Shown here: piece after piece, positions 14,771-27,990 of the stretch
How positions within the stretch are numbered: position 1 is the stretch's first letter
Layout of the letters: every line of letters starts with the position of its first letter
NCBI GenBank assembly: GCA_030141605.1
Contig: JAQGDQ010000708.1
Location: 45,108 to 109,107 of the forward strand
Source: Tubiluchus corallicola
Taxonomy: Eukaryota; Animalia; Priapulida
Length of the DNA: 64,000 nucleotides
Direction of reading: 5' to 3'
Notes under the pieces: model-generated
Told to the model about the DNA's origin: nothing
The model's database searches: none
What the model saw: the letters and a program-made list of their open reading frames with translations, nothing else
Position numbers and translations under genes: made by a program

Positions 14771-15371
14771 GGAGGGTGTGTTAGCAGAGGAAGACCAAAC
14801 AAAGAAGAAACTGTTAATAATAGAATTTGAAGAACAGAGAATTAAACAAACTGAAACAGAACTGCCAAAGCAAAGATAAGTGAAGTAGAAACGGCTTAAT
14901 AGGGGATGGCAACTGATGATGATGAAAAAAACTGATAAATTGACGATGTTTTACAGTGACGCAACGTGTTGTGAGAAAATAACTTTTAATAATTGAAGAT
15001 TGAAGAAAATGAGGTGATTGAACACGTAATGTGGAGATGATGAAACAGAGATCATTATTTTTGCGAAAATTCTTGTCGAAGTTTACAGCTGTCACGTGAC
15101 TAAGTGGAAATTTTTTCCAGAATTCAGGAGCGCAAAGGATTTTTTAAATTACATGCGGATGCTCGATCAACTACTAGACAAATTTTCACCTGTAGTGCAG
15201 AAAAAGCTCAAAGCATCATAGTCTGAACTAGGCTGTTTTACACCCTGGGTATAATTTAGCATAAGACAATTCATCCCCCCGGGGTATACTGAGGCCTGGG
15301 CCAAATCACACCCGGGTTTAATTGGGCAAGAGTTGACTTGGCCTGCTACAGCGAAATTTCTGCACTCAGGC

Positions 15372-15895
15372 ACTTATAAAATACAGACCCTTTTATGCTT
15401 ATAAAATACAGACCTTTTGTATTTATAAAATATAGATCATTTTGTGCTTGTAAAGTACAGACCCTTTTGTGTTTTTAAAATACAAACCCTTTGCTCTTAC
15501 AAACTATAGACCCTTTTATGCTTATAAAATACAGACCTTTTGTATTTATAAAATATAGATCATTTTGTGCTTGTAAAATTCAGACCCTTTTGTGTTTATA
15601 AAATACAAACCCTTTTGTACTTATATAATACAGACCCTTTTGTATTTATAAAATACAGACCCTTTGCACTTGCAAAATATAGACTCTTTTGTATTTATAA
15701 AATACAGACCCTTTTGTACTTATAAAATACAGACCCTTTTGTACTTATAAAATACAGACCCTTTTGTATTTATAAAATACAGACCCTTTTGTACTTATAA
15801 AATACAGACCCTTTTGTACTTATAAAATATAGACTCTTTTGTATTTATAAAATACAGACCCTTTGCACTTACAAAATATAGACTCTTTTGTATTT
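15372..15895. repeat. 25-bp minisatellite (tataaaatacagacccttttgtact), ~21 copies
   Basis: Tandem units. Confidence 0.95.
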
Positions 15896-16158
15896 ATTAT
15901 TCACTGTTTTAGTCGACAGTTTGGTACCAGCTGTAAATAGGCTCTTCTAGCTGAGTCACCAACGAGCATTTTGATTGGTTGACGACACACAATGACGAAA
16001 ATCAAGACAAGCTAGATATCATCAACCTCGAATGACAATGACATCCAAGGACCGTCTCAACGCATGGGCACGCTGGACAGTTGACCAGGGACCTCACGAG
16101 CATAGGTGCCCCATGTTACGTATGTTGTGACTTGCTCTCAACAAATGAATACTATAGT

Positions 16159-16424
16159 CTTCTTCTTCTTCTTCTTCCCAGCTTTTCCCTATGCGGTCTC
16201 TTCGGTCTTCTTTAGAGAAGCTGCTTCCAGCCCATAGATTAGAGCGGGTCTGACCACTTCTTTGAGGACTTTACCTTTAAGTCTCACCGACTCATTCATA
16301 GAAGGTTTTGGCGCAGTTTTTACAGGCGGATGCCCTTCCTGACCCTAACCCTCCCTATTTATCCGGGCTTGGGACCGGCACTGAGTTGGGCTGGCTTGCC
16401 CCCCCCCCCCCCAGTGGCTAGGTT
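16159..16424 (-). mobile_element. Short retroposon (SINE or truncated LINE) with (GAA)n tail and 16-bp target-site duplication
   Basis: AAATGAATACTATAGT is duplicated exactly at 16143-16158 and 16425-16440; (CTT)n at the left end reads as a (GAA)n 3' tail on the minus strand. Confidence 0.85.
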
Positions 16425-16812
16425 AAATGAATACTATAGTAAACCATAACTATTTGTCAATGGTTTTTAAATGAAGGTGGATCATCTCAAGCACTAGGCT
16501 TACAGGATTGCCGATGAAAATTTCAAATATGATAACCATTATGGAGACTGAAACTTGTAAAAAATCATACCAACAACGAGACACTAACGTTCGCACTGGC
16601 TTCACTTATGCGTATGGAAAATGTGTTCAGTCGTCAATGAAGTCATGAATGATGAAGCCATTTTCTGCAAAGAAATTTCGCACAAATGTTTGTGTTGAAT
16701 GCTTTATTAATAATACATAATTTACAATAATTTCGTACAGTGCCATCTCTTTCTGTATGGCGTACCAATAGAGGTGCCATTCATATGTGTATAATTTAAA
16801 TTTTAAATAAAG

Positions 16813-17206
<394 letters not shown>

Positions 17207-17309
17207 TCATATGTTGAGATTTCTGTGCTTTTCAAGGTGTGCTGTTCAAACATTCGTGTTGATTAATCTTTGCAGTACAGCACGTTTTTCAATATTTAAA
17301 CATGTGGGT

Positions 17310-20300
17310 TTAGTCCACATTGTTTATTTATTACTCTTAGGAAATAAAAGCTAGTCTACATTGTCTATTTGTTACTCTTAGGGAACAAACGCCAGTCCAC
17401 ATTGTTTATTCGTTACTCTCAGGGAACAAACGCTAGTCCACATTGTTTATTTGTTACTCTTAGGGAACAAACGCTAGTCCACATTGTTTATTTGTTACTC
17501 TTAGGGAACAAACGCTAGTCCACATTGTTTATTTGTAACTCTTGGGGAACAAATGCCAGTCCACATTGTTTATTTGTTACTCTTAGGGAACAAACGCTAG
17601 TCCACATTGTTTATTTGTTACTCTTGGGGAACAAACGCTAGTCCACATTGTTTATTCGTTACTCTTAGGGAACAAACGCTAGTCCACATTGTTTGTTCGT
17701 TACTCTTAGGGAACAAACGCCAGTCTACATTGTTTATTTGTTACTCTTGGGGAACAAATGCCAGTCCACATTTTTATTTGTTACTCTTTGGGAACAAACG
17801 CCAGTCCACATTGTTTATTTGTTACTCTTAGGGAACAAACGCCAGTCCACATTGTTTATTCGTTACTCTTAGGGAACAAACTCTACTTCACATTGTTTAT
17901 TTATTACTCTTAAGGAACAAACGCTAGTCCACATTGTTTATTTGTTACTCTTGGGGAACAAACGCCAGTCCACAATGTTTATTTGTTACTCTTGGGAAAC
18001 AAACGCTAGTCCACATTGTTTATTTGTTACTCTTGGGTAACAAACGCCAGTCCACATTGTTTATTTGTTACTCTTGGGGAACAAACGCCAGTCCACATTG
18101 TTTATATGTTACTCTTGGGGAACAAACGCCAGTCCACATTGTTTATTTGTTACTCTTGGGTAACAAACGCTAGTCCACATTGTCTATTTGTTACTCTCGG
18201 GGAACAAACGCCAGTCCACATTGTTTATTTGTTACTCTTAGGGAACAAACGCTAGTCCACATTGTTTATTTGTTACTCTTAGGGAACAAACGCCAGTCCA
18301 CATTGTTTATTTGTTACTCTTAGGGAACAAACGCCAGTCCACATTGTTTATTTGTTACTCTTAGGGAACAAACGCTAGTCCACATTGTTTATTTGTTACT
18401 CTTGGGGAACAAACGCTAGTCCACATTGTTTGTTCGTTACTCTTGGGGAACAAACGCTAGTCCACATTGTTTATTTGTTACTCTTAGGGAACAAACGCTA
18501 GTCCACATTGTTTTTTGTAACTCTTGGGGAACAAACGCCAGTCCACATTGTTTATTTGTTACTCTTAGGGAACAAACGCTAGTCCACATTGTTTGTTCGT
18601 TACTCTTGGGGAACAAAGCAGTCCACATTTTTTTGTTACTCTTGGGAACAAACGCTAGTCCACATTGTTTGTTCGTTACTCTTGGGGAACAAACGCTAGT
18701 CTACATTGTTTGTTCGTTACTCTTAGGGAACAAACGCCAGTCTACATTGTTTATTTGTTACTCTTGGGGAACAAATGCCAGTCCACATTTTTATTTGTTA
18801 CTCTTTGGGAACAAACGCCAGTCCACATTGTTTATTTGTTACTCTTAGGGAACAAACGCCAGTCCACATTGTTTATTCGTTACTCTTAGGGAACAAACTC
18901 TACTTCACATTGTTTATTTATTACTCTTAAGGAACAAACGCTAGTCCACATTGTTTATTTGTTACTCTTGGGGAACAAACGCCAGTCCACAATGTTTATT
19001 TGTTACTCTTGGGAAACAAACGCTAGTCCACATTGTTTATTTGTTACTCTTGGGTAACAAACGCCAGTCCACATTGTTTATTTGTTACTCTTGGGGAACA
19101 AACGCCAGTCCACATTGTTTATATGTTACTCTTGGGGAACAAACGCCAGTCCACATTGTTTATTTGTTACTCTTGGGTAACAAACGCTAGTCCACATTGT
19201 CTATTTGTTACTCTCGGGGAACAAACGCCAGTCCACATTGTTTATTTGTTACTCTTAGGGAACAAACGCTAGTCCACATTGTTTATTTGTTACTCTTAGG
19301 GAACAAACGCCAGTCCACATTGTTTATTTGTTACTCTTAGGGAACAAACGCCAGTCCACATTGTTTATTTGTTACTCTTAGGGAACAAACGCTAGTCCAC
19401 ATTGTTTATTTGTTACTCTTGGGGAACAAACGCTAGTCCACATTGTTTGTTCGTTACTCTTGGGGAACAAACGCTAGTCCACATTGTTTATTTGTTACTC
19501 TTAGGGAACAAACGCTAGTCCACATTGTTTTTTGTAACTCTTGGGGAACAAACGCCAGTCCACATTGTTTATTTGTTACTCTTAGGGAACAAACGCTAGT
19601 CCACATTGTTTGTTCGTTACTCTTGGGGAACAAACGCTAGTCCACATTGTTTGTTCGTTACTCTTGGGGAACAAACGCTAGTCCATATTGTTTATTCGTT
19701 ACTCTTAGGGAACAAACGCCAGTCTACATTGTTTATTTGTTACTCTTGGGGAACAAATGCCAGTCCACATTTTTATTTGTTACTCTTTGAACAACAGTCC
19801 ACATTGTTTATTTGTTACTCTTGGGAACAAACGCCAGTCCACATTGTTTATTCGTTACTCTTAGGGAACAACTCTACTTCACATTGTTTATTTATTACTC
19901 TTAAGGAACAAACGCTAGTCCACATTGTTTATTTGTTACTCTTGGGGAACAAACGCCAGTCCACAATGTTTATTTGTTACTCTTGGGAAACAAACGCTAG
20001 TCCACATTGTTTATTTGTTACTCTTGGGGAACAAACGCCAGTCCACATTGTTTATATGTTACTCTTGGGGAACAAACGCCAGTCCACATTGTTTATTTGT
20101 TACTCTTGGGTAACAAACGCTAGTCCACATTGTCTATTTGTTACTCTCGGGGAACAAACGCCAGTCCACATTGTTTATTTGTTACTCTTAGGGAACAAAC
20201 GCTAGTCCACATTGTTTATTTGTTACTCTTGGGGAACAAACGCTAGTCCATATTGTTTATTCGTTACTCTTAGGGAACAAACGCCAGTCCACATTGTTTA

Positions 20301-20659
20301 TTTATTACTCTTAGGGAACAAACGCTAGTCTACATTGTTTATTTGTTACTCTTAGGGAACAAACGCTAGTCCACATTGTTTGTTCGTTACTCTTGGGGAA
20401 CAAACGCTAGTCCACATTGTTTATTTGTTACTCTTAGGGAACAAACGCTAGTCCACATTGTTTTTTGTAACTCTTGGGGAACAAACGCCAGTCCACATTG
20501 TTTATTTGTTACTCTTAGGGAACAAACGCTAGTCCACATTGTTTGTTCGTTACTCTTGGGGAACAAACGCTAGTCCACATTGTTTGTTCGTTACTCTTGG
20601 GGAACAAACGCTAGTCTACATTGTTTGTTCGTTACTCTTAGGGAACAAACGCCAGTCCA
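17310..20659. repeat. 41-bp satellite (agtccacattgtttatttgttactcttagggaacaaacgct), ~80 copies with ~1-kb higher-order repeat
   Basis: Tandem units. Identical ORF translations recur at a 1017-bp offset (17934/18951, 18016/19033). Confidence 0.97.
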
Positions 20660-21549
20660 TCGTTTTTCCTTGAGTTGCTAATTAAGAAACTATTGATGAC
20701 GGCAACAAAAACTGACATCAAAGAGGCAATCGTAAAAAGTAAACGAAACCGATAAACAAGACCTTTTACAGCTTTTCGTGAACGTATTCCTTTGCAAACA
20801 TGTTTCAATGGCAGAAATTAATGATGTTTTTCGGAGCTTCGTAAAAATAATGAAGTTGAAACTTATTTTCAAAATTCGTAAAAGAATTTGAACTGCAGAA
20901 TGGTACAGTCTGAAACGTGTCGTTTCTAGAAATGCTGGATCTGTAGTAGGTTGGATGGTTAGTCAGTTAACAGCTGTTTGGCTAACCTGTTTGTTTCTAC
21001 GGCCATTGGCAGTCAGTTAGTCACGTGATCACTTTTAACTATAACCAGCTGTGCAGCAATCGAACCGACCGACACATCTTTTATATCCAACCATGCAGTC
21101 AGTCTTCAGCTAACCGACTGACTAACTGACCAGCCAACAAACCATCTAATAAACAAGCCAGCGAATGTGCCACCATCTGTCCAACCACTCAGCCAGCCAA
21201 CTACCAACCAACAACCAGCCAGCCAACTAACCGACTAGCTAATTGACTCATTTTGCTAGAATATATTTATTTTCCTCATATCTGCTTGAGTACAGACATA
21301 AAAATTCGAATAAATAATAAAAACTAAAACGAGTTTGTAGGTTTATAATTATATTACAAAATAATGTTAACCAAAATTAATGTAATGTGTGCACTAATTT
21401 ATTGGTAGACTAGCAATTTTAAAATCTTCTCATTAAAGTCATTTTGTCAAAGATTTAATTTTCATGCAATACAGAAGTTTACAATGTTTTATACTTGAAA
21501 AGAAATATAACAAAGATGCTAATAATTTCTTAACTAGGTGCTAGATAAA

Positions 21550-22025
21550 ATGAATGAACGAATGAATGAACAAGCGACCGAATGAATGAACGCACGAACG
21601 AATGACAAACGAGTGAGTGAATGAACGAATGAATGAACAAATGAATGAGTGAATGAGTGAATGAGTGAATGAATGAACAAACGAACGAATGACAAACGAG
21701 TGAGTGAATGAACGAATGAATGAACAAACGAACGAACGAATGAAAGAACGAACGAATGACAAACGAGTGAGTGAATGAACGAATGAATGAACAAACAAAT
21801 GAATGAATGAATGAACAAACGAACGGATGACAAACGAGTGAGTGAAAGAACGAATGAATGAACAAACGAATGAATGAATGAGTGAATGAATGAACAAACG
21901 AACGGATGACAAACGAGTGAGTGAATGAACGAACGACTAAACAAACGAATGGATTAATGAATGAATGAATGAATGAATGAATTAAGGAATGATGAATGAA
22001 TGAATGAACGAATGAATGAATCAAT
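21550..22025. repeat. (GAAT/GAAC/GAGT)n tetranucleotide-derived repeat
   Basis: Direct observation. Confidence 0.9.
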
Positions 22026-22746
22026 GAAGGCACTAATGAACAACGAAAACAAGTGTGCCAACAAACGGAATGTCTGATTTAACGAACGAATAAAGACACA
22101 AACAAACATTAAAACAAACAAACAAATAAGCGAAGAAACAAACAAGCAGACCAACTCACCAAATAAGAAAACGAATGCGTTAGTTATTAAACCAATAAGT
22201 CTTAATGCGAACTAAGATAAAATTTAAAAGAAAAGAAAAAAATTGAAGAGAAAAAAGAAGACGTGAACAAGTGAATTGTAGAGCAAGCAGTGAAGACAAA
22301 TAAGCAACTAAAAACAAACAAAAGCGATAAAATTATGAAATAAGTAAACAAATAAATCAATATAAAATATATAAATAATACAAAGTGTAGACGAATAAAT
22401 GACTTAATGCATGAAAAGTCAACAAGAAAAATAATGTTCTGTGAATTTACCACAATAAATAAATAGATAAATAAATAAAGAAAGAAAGACATAACTGATT
22501 AAATTAATTTAAGTGAAAAAGTGATGAATGAGTGATCTAAAAGTAAATGGACAAATACATGATGAATGAATGAATAAATGAATGAGTGAATGAAAGAACG
22601 AACGAATGAATAAACGACTTTTGCTCTGACAGTTTCATTAATTAATCTACAAACATTTTCTACAAAATTTCGATGCACTTCATTCACCTTTAATAAAACA
22701 ATCATTTAACCCTTTGCCGTACCTCTACCATAGTGTGCGTAGACAA

Positions 22747-23121
22747 ACACAAAACTTTAACATAACCTGAATTTTCAGTTAAAATTTTGCACGGTTAGCA
22801 GACAAAATTCGCTATGTTTTATACTTCCTTTTTAAAACAGTTGACAGAACTCTGTATTTTGAAACTGTAGGAACACAAAACTTTAACATAACCTGAATTT
22901 TTAGTTAAAATTTTGCACGGTTAGCAGACAAAATTCGCTATATTTTATACTTCCTTTTTAAAACAATTGACAGAACTCTGTATTTTGATACTGTAGGAAC
23001 ACAAAACTTTAACATAACCTGAATTTTTAGTTAAAATTTTACACGGTTAGCAGACAAAATTCGCTATGTTTTATACTTCCTTTTTAAAACAGTTGACAGA
23101 ACTCTGTATTTTGATACTGTA
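22747..23121. repeat. 126-bp tandem triplication
   Basis: acacaaaactttaacataacc recurs at 22747, 22873 and 22999. Confidence 0.95.
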
Positions 23122-23777
23122 TCAAGTACAAAGTAATTTCGTTGAATTGCTACAAAAAGTATTTTAGTGGGCGGAGCAGAAAAAAGTGGAGCGTCTTTGC
23201 AAAGTGAAATTTACCGTCATTTGTAGGTAAGCAGGTCTCAAGACAATTATACAGCTCATATGTTAATCTCAAGAGTGTGTGTATTCGTAGTAGAAATATA
23301 TACAATATTAATTAATTTTGACATACAAAACTTATGCACGTGTTTAATTTTCTACAATATTTATCCCCTTTCGCTTTCTCTTGGGGTTTCAGCTGTTTTA
23401 AACTAACGAAATATTAAGAAAGGCAGAAGGGGGTGCTAGTGTGCTGTACTAAAAATTGTTGTTTTCAGTCTTCTTGAGTTTTTTCGGTTTTCTGTTTTCT
23501 GTTGGTGCATTTCTCTTTCGTTTTCTTTCTACCTAAAACAAGAGAAACATTGTGGAATGAAATGACAATTAGAACAAATACCAAGTGCTCGATTGTGTCA
23601 ACACTGATATAAGCCAACTTAGAAATTAAATACAGCATACTGTATGAAGTTTCAGTTTTACACAAAAACAGAAAAAAATGTTGTAATTAAGATTTTCTGA
23701 TACTTTTTATATTTTCTTGGAACTTTCTTTAAGAGGAATTCGAATACAAAGATGTCATTTCCGAGAATGTCTGTAAT

Positions 23778-24000
23778 TTGATTTCGCACGTTTTAGTGGC
23801 TAGATTTCGCATGTTTTAGTCGCTAAAGCACATTTTAGCCGCTAGATTTCGCATGTTTTAGTCACTAGATTTCACACGTTTTAGTCGCTAAAGCACATTT
23901 TAGTCGCTAGATTTCGCACGTTTTAGTCGCTAGTGCACGTTTTAGTCGCTAGATTTCACATGTTTTAGTCGCTAGATTTCACACGTTTTATTCGCTAGAT
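23778..24000. repeat. ~20-23-bp minisatellite (tagatttcgcacgttttagtcgc)
   Basis: About 10 variable tandem units. Confidence 0.85.
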
Positions 24001-24593
24001 GACTTCAGCAAATTTCGGGGCTTGGTTACAGCAGCGTTTGCGTTTGGTTGAAACATTTCACTATGCAGCATTGTTTACAAATTCAACGTCACAGAAACGA
24101 CGCGGTATCCAAGGAAACCGTTGCTATGCACAATTGTTTAGCCGCCGAAGGTTCACGAGCAAAAGCGAACAAAATGTTTGGGGAATGCAATTTCGAGACG
24201 AATTTCATTAAGCAGGAAGCCATGAAATTCAATAAAATCAGCGTCAAATATTAAGTCACCTCTTTTAATTAGAGAAAAGTAGTTTTTATGTTAAATTTGA
24301 TACTTAAATAGGTAGCGTGACGTGTGATGATAGAACACGTGACGTAGTTACCTCAAACTAATCGCAGGCCTACATCGTAATTGTGACTTTTAAGATTAGT
24401 TCTGTGTATCAGTAGCACTAGCACTACAAGTCACGTTGCAAACAAAGGTTTATAAATAAACAAACAAAAACTGTTTACGCCATTGTATACATATATATTG
24501 TAACAAAAATTATTTCATTTAGCTCTCAATCGGGGTACCTCCATCAGAACAAAGGTGTTGACTGAGAGAAATATTTGGCACATGTGACTATAT

Positions 24594-24595
<2 letters not shown>

Positions 24596-24637
<42 letters not shown>

Positions 24638-24790
24638 ATGCGTGTGTGTGTGTGTGTGTGTGCATGCGTGTGTGTGTGTGTGTGTGTGCACGTGTGCGTG
24701 CGTGATGTGCATGCTGCGCATGTGTTTGTGCACGTGTGTGTGTGTGCGTGCGTGCATGCTGTGCGTGTGTGTGCGTGCGTGCGTGCGAGC
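24596..24790. repeat. (TG)n/(TGCG)n microsatellite just downstream of the neuropeptide stop codon
   Basis: Direct observation. Confidence 0.95.
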
Positions 24791-24845
24791 GCATTACAAG
24801 AAATGCATATAATTATACCTTTACTGTGCCATATTTCGATGATAT

Positions 24846-25330
24846 CTATTGCCTGTTCTTTGCTATTCGCCTGCTATCGGTTGTACTACGTTTACCCAAG
24901 AATTCCATGGCCCGTTTACTGTCGTCGTTACGCTTGCCGAGAAATTCCATGGCTCGTTTGTCGAGATATTTTGTTGCACGTTTTCCGAGAAATTCCATTG
25001 CACGTTTTCCGAGAAATTCCATGGCTCGTTTGACGTCGTCACGTTTTCCGAGAAATTCCATGGCGCGCTTTTCCGTGTTCCGTTTCCCTAAAAATTCCAT
25101 TGCACGTTTTTCGTCGGCGATGATGCCCTCTTGTGGTGGGAAGTTGAAAGATCGTTTTCCGCCTAGAAACTCCATGGCTCTCTTCTCAGGGAGAAGGTAT
25201 TCCGTATCGTCCGACGTCCGCTTACCGAGAAATTCCATGGCTCTTTTATTGTCGTCCCTTTTACCAAGGAATTCCATGGCACGCTTCTCTTCTGCTAACT
25301 CATTACCTGACACAGGCAAGAAGATTTCGT
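24846..25330 (-). CDS. Neuropeptide precursor, peptide-encoding exon: 8x AMEFLamide + 1x AMEFLGamide (EFLamide/EFLGamide, TRH-type-like)
   Basis: Nine KR-AMEFLG(G)-KR units with acidic spacers: dibasic convertase sites plus a Gly amide donor. Codons vary synonymously between copies. Acceptor tatttttattctaatttcAG (AG at 25332-25331), phase 1; TAG at 24848-24846. Confidence 0.95.
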
Positions 25331-26404
25331 CTGAAATTAGAATAAAAATACATCAGAAGTAGAATCAGGTAGACAATATGGTGAAAAACATGACGAAATT
25401 GCAGTACATGACGTCATTCCCAAATTTCCTACGTCATTCTGAAAACAAGTGACGTAAACTATGATTAAAGCAAAAGTCAAGTTTCTCGGGAAGCTAATTT
25501 TAATATTTGTGAAAAATGTTAGAAAGTTTCAGCAGTGAAATTGTGATAAGCATCTCGTGTAATTAATCATTTCAATTTAAAATTGCGATCACTTCACGCT
25601 TGGGCACGGTCATTTTGGTGAAAAATGGCGTCATCTGGTTTCCGTGCGATATAAACAGTTGTTCCGCCAGGTGCTTCAGAATGTTTGTTTAACTTACAGA
25701 GCGATTCTATAAACTAAGTAACCAGCCCGGCACCTACTACGTGCTGACATGTTTACATGCGCGTCTAAAAGTCAACAAAAATCTGCAAATTAATTATTTA
25801 CACAATTAATGTCAATTACTAACACATTTTAAGGTATAATCTGTAGATTAAAGCAATGTAACCAGTTTAAATTTGATCATAATTGACCGAATGACTAATT
25901 TCTAGATAAACACAGTTAAACACAACATTAGAATAACAGAACTTCTAAGCAAACTGTAGAAATGTCTCAACGCGTACCTTCATCACAGCTTGCCTTCACA
26001 GCATTCACGCTGCCCAGCAGGCACCAGCTTACGTCATTTTTTTTTAAATAGGCAGCCATCAAAGTTCGTTTGGCGGGAGATAAAAATATTTAAATTTCTT
26101 TTACATTTTTAAGCAAAGCATTCTATGTGCATATTTTATTGTGATTTCAATATTTTTAATTGTACATTTTAAAAAAGACAATAAATGTTGTTCGTTTTGG
26201 TTAAGCAATAGTCTATGAAGCATGTTGCCTTTTTAATTCTACACACCTTGTTTCATTGAGTCACAGTCTCTACGCGATGAATCACAAATTGTCCACTAAT
26301 TAGTTTGTCTCGGGGTTGAAAAATGGCCAGTCACTGACCCATCAGCTCGCAACAGACCTAAGGTAGATTAATGATGAAGCATCACTATGCAGCATGCAGG
26401 TAAG

Positions 26405-27990
26405 GCGTCATCATCCACTCAACAGCTCTGAAAGTCTGAGTCTGAATGTTCCAGCAGATTCATTGACAAACTTCCGTCGTCCTCCATTCAACAGCTCTGA
26501 AAGTCTGAATCTGAATGTTCCAGCAGATTCATTGATAAACACCCGTTATTCTCCATTCAACAGCTCTGAAAATCTGAGTCTGAATGTTCCAGCAGATTCA
26601 TTGATAAACATCCGTTATTCTCCATTCAACAGCTCTGAAAATCTGAGTCTGAATGTTCCAGCAGATTCATTGATAAACATCCGTCATTCTCCACTCAACA
26701 GCTCTGAAAGTCTGAGTCTGAATCTTCCAGCAGATTCATTGATAAACATCCGTCATCCTCCACTCAACAGCTCTGAAAGTCTGAGTCTGAATGTTCCAGC
26801 AGATTCATTGATAAACTTCCGTCATTCTCCATTCAACAGCTCTGAAAGTCTGAGTCTGAATGTTCCAGCAGATTCATTGACAAACTTCCGTCGTTCTCCA
26901 TTCAACAGCTCTGAAAGTCTGAGTCTGAATGTTCCAGCAGATTCATTGATAAACATCCGTCATTCTCCACTCAACAGCTCTGAAAATCTGAGTCTGAATG
27001 TTCCAGCAGATTCAGTGATAAACATCCGTCATTCTCCATTCAACAGCTCTGAAAGTCTGAGTCTGAATGTTCCAGCAGATTCATGATAAACATCCGTCAT
27101 TCTCCATTCAACAGCTCTGAAAATCTGAGTCTGAATGTTCCAGCAGATTCAGTGATAAACATCCGTCATTCTCCATTCAACAGCTCTGAAAGTCTGAGTC
27201 TGAATGTTCCAGCAGATTCATTGATAAACATCCGTCATTCTCCACTCAACAGCTCTGAAAATCTGAGTCTGAATGTTCCAGCAGATTCAGTGATAAACAT
27301 CCGTCATTCTCCACTCAACAGCTCTGAAAATCTGAGTCTGAATGTTCCAGCAGATTCAGTGATAAACTTCCGTCATTCTCCACTCAACAGCTCTGAAAAT
27401 CTGAGTCTGAATGTTCCAGCAGATTCAGTGATAAACATCTGTCATTCTCCACTCAACAGCTCTGAAAGTCTGAGTCTGAATGTTCCAGCAGATTCAGTGA
27501 TAAACTTCCGTCATTCTCCATTCAACAGCTCTGAAAATCTGAGTCTGAATGTTCCAGCAGATTCATTGATAAACATCCGTCATTCTCCACTCAACAGCTC
27601 TGAAAATCTGAGTCTGAATGTTCCAGCAGATTCATTGATGAACATCCGTCATTCTCCACTCAACAGCTCTGAAAATCTGAGTCTGAATGTTCCAGCAGAT
27701 TCAGTGATAAACACCCGTCATTCTCCACTCAACAGCTCTGAAAGTCTGAGTCTGAATGTTCCAGCAGATTCAGTGATAAACTTCCGTCATTCTCCATTCA
27801 ACAGCTCTGAAAATCTGAGTCTGAATGTTCCAGCAGATTCATTGATAAACATCCGTCATTCTCCACTCAACAGCTCTGAAAGTCTGAGCCTGAATGTTCC
27901 AGCAGATTCATTGATAAACATCCGTCATTCTCCACTCAACAGCTCTGAAAGTCTGAGTCTGAATGTTCCAGCAGATTCATAGATAAACTT
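26405..27990. repeat. 69-bp minisatellite, ~23 copies, intronic
   Basis: Unit cagcagattcattgataaacatccgtcattctccactcaacagctctgaaaatctgagtctgaatgttc; explains the 230-aa and 299-aa ORFs. Confidence 0.95.

Noticed and set aside
24736-25362. 208-aa plus-strand ORF with PRNSMAR repeats
   Set aside because: Antisense shadow of the AMEFLG-KR exon.
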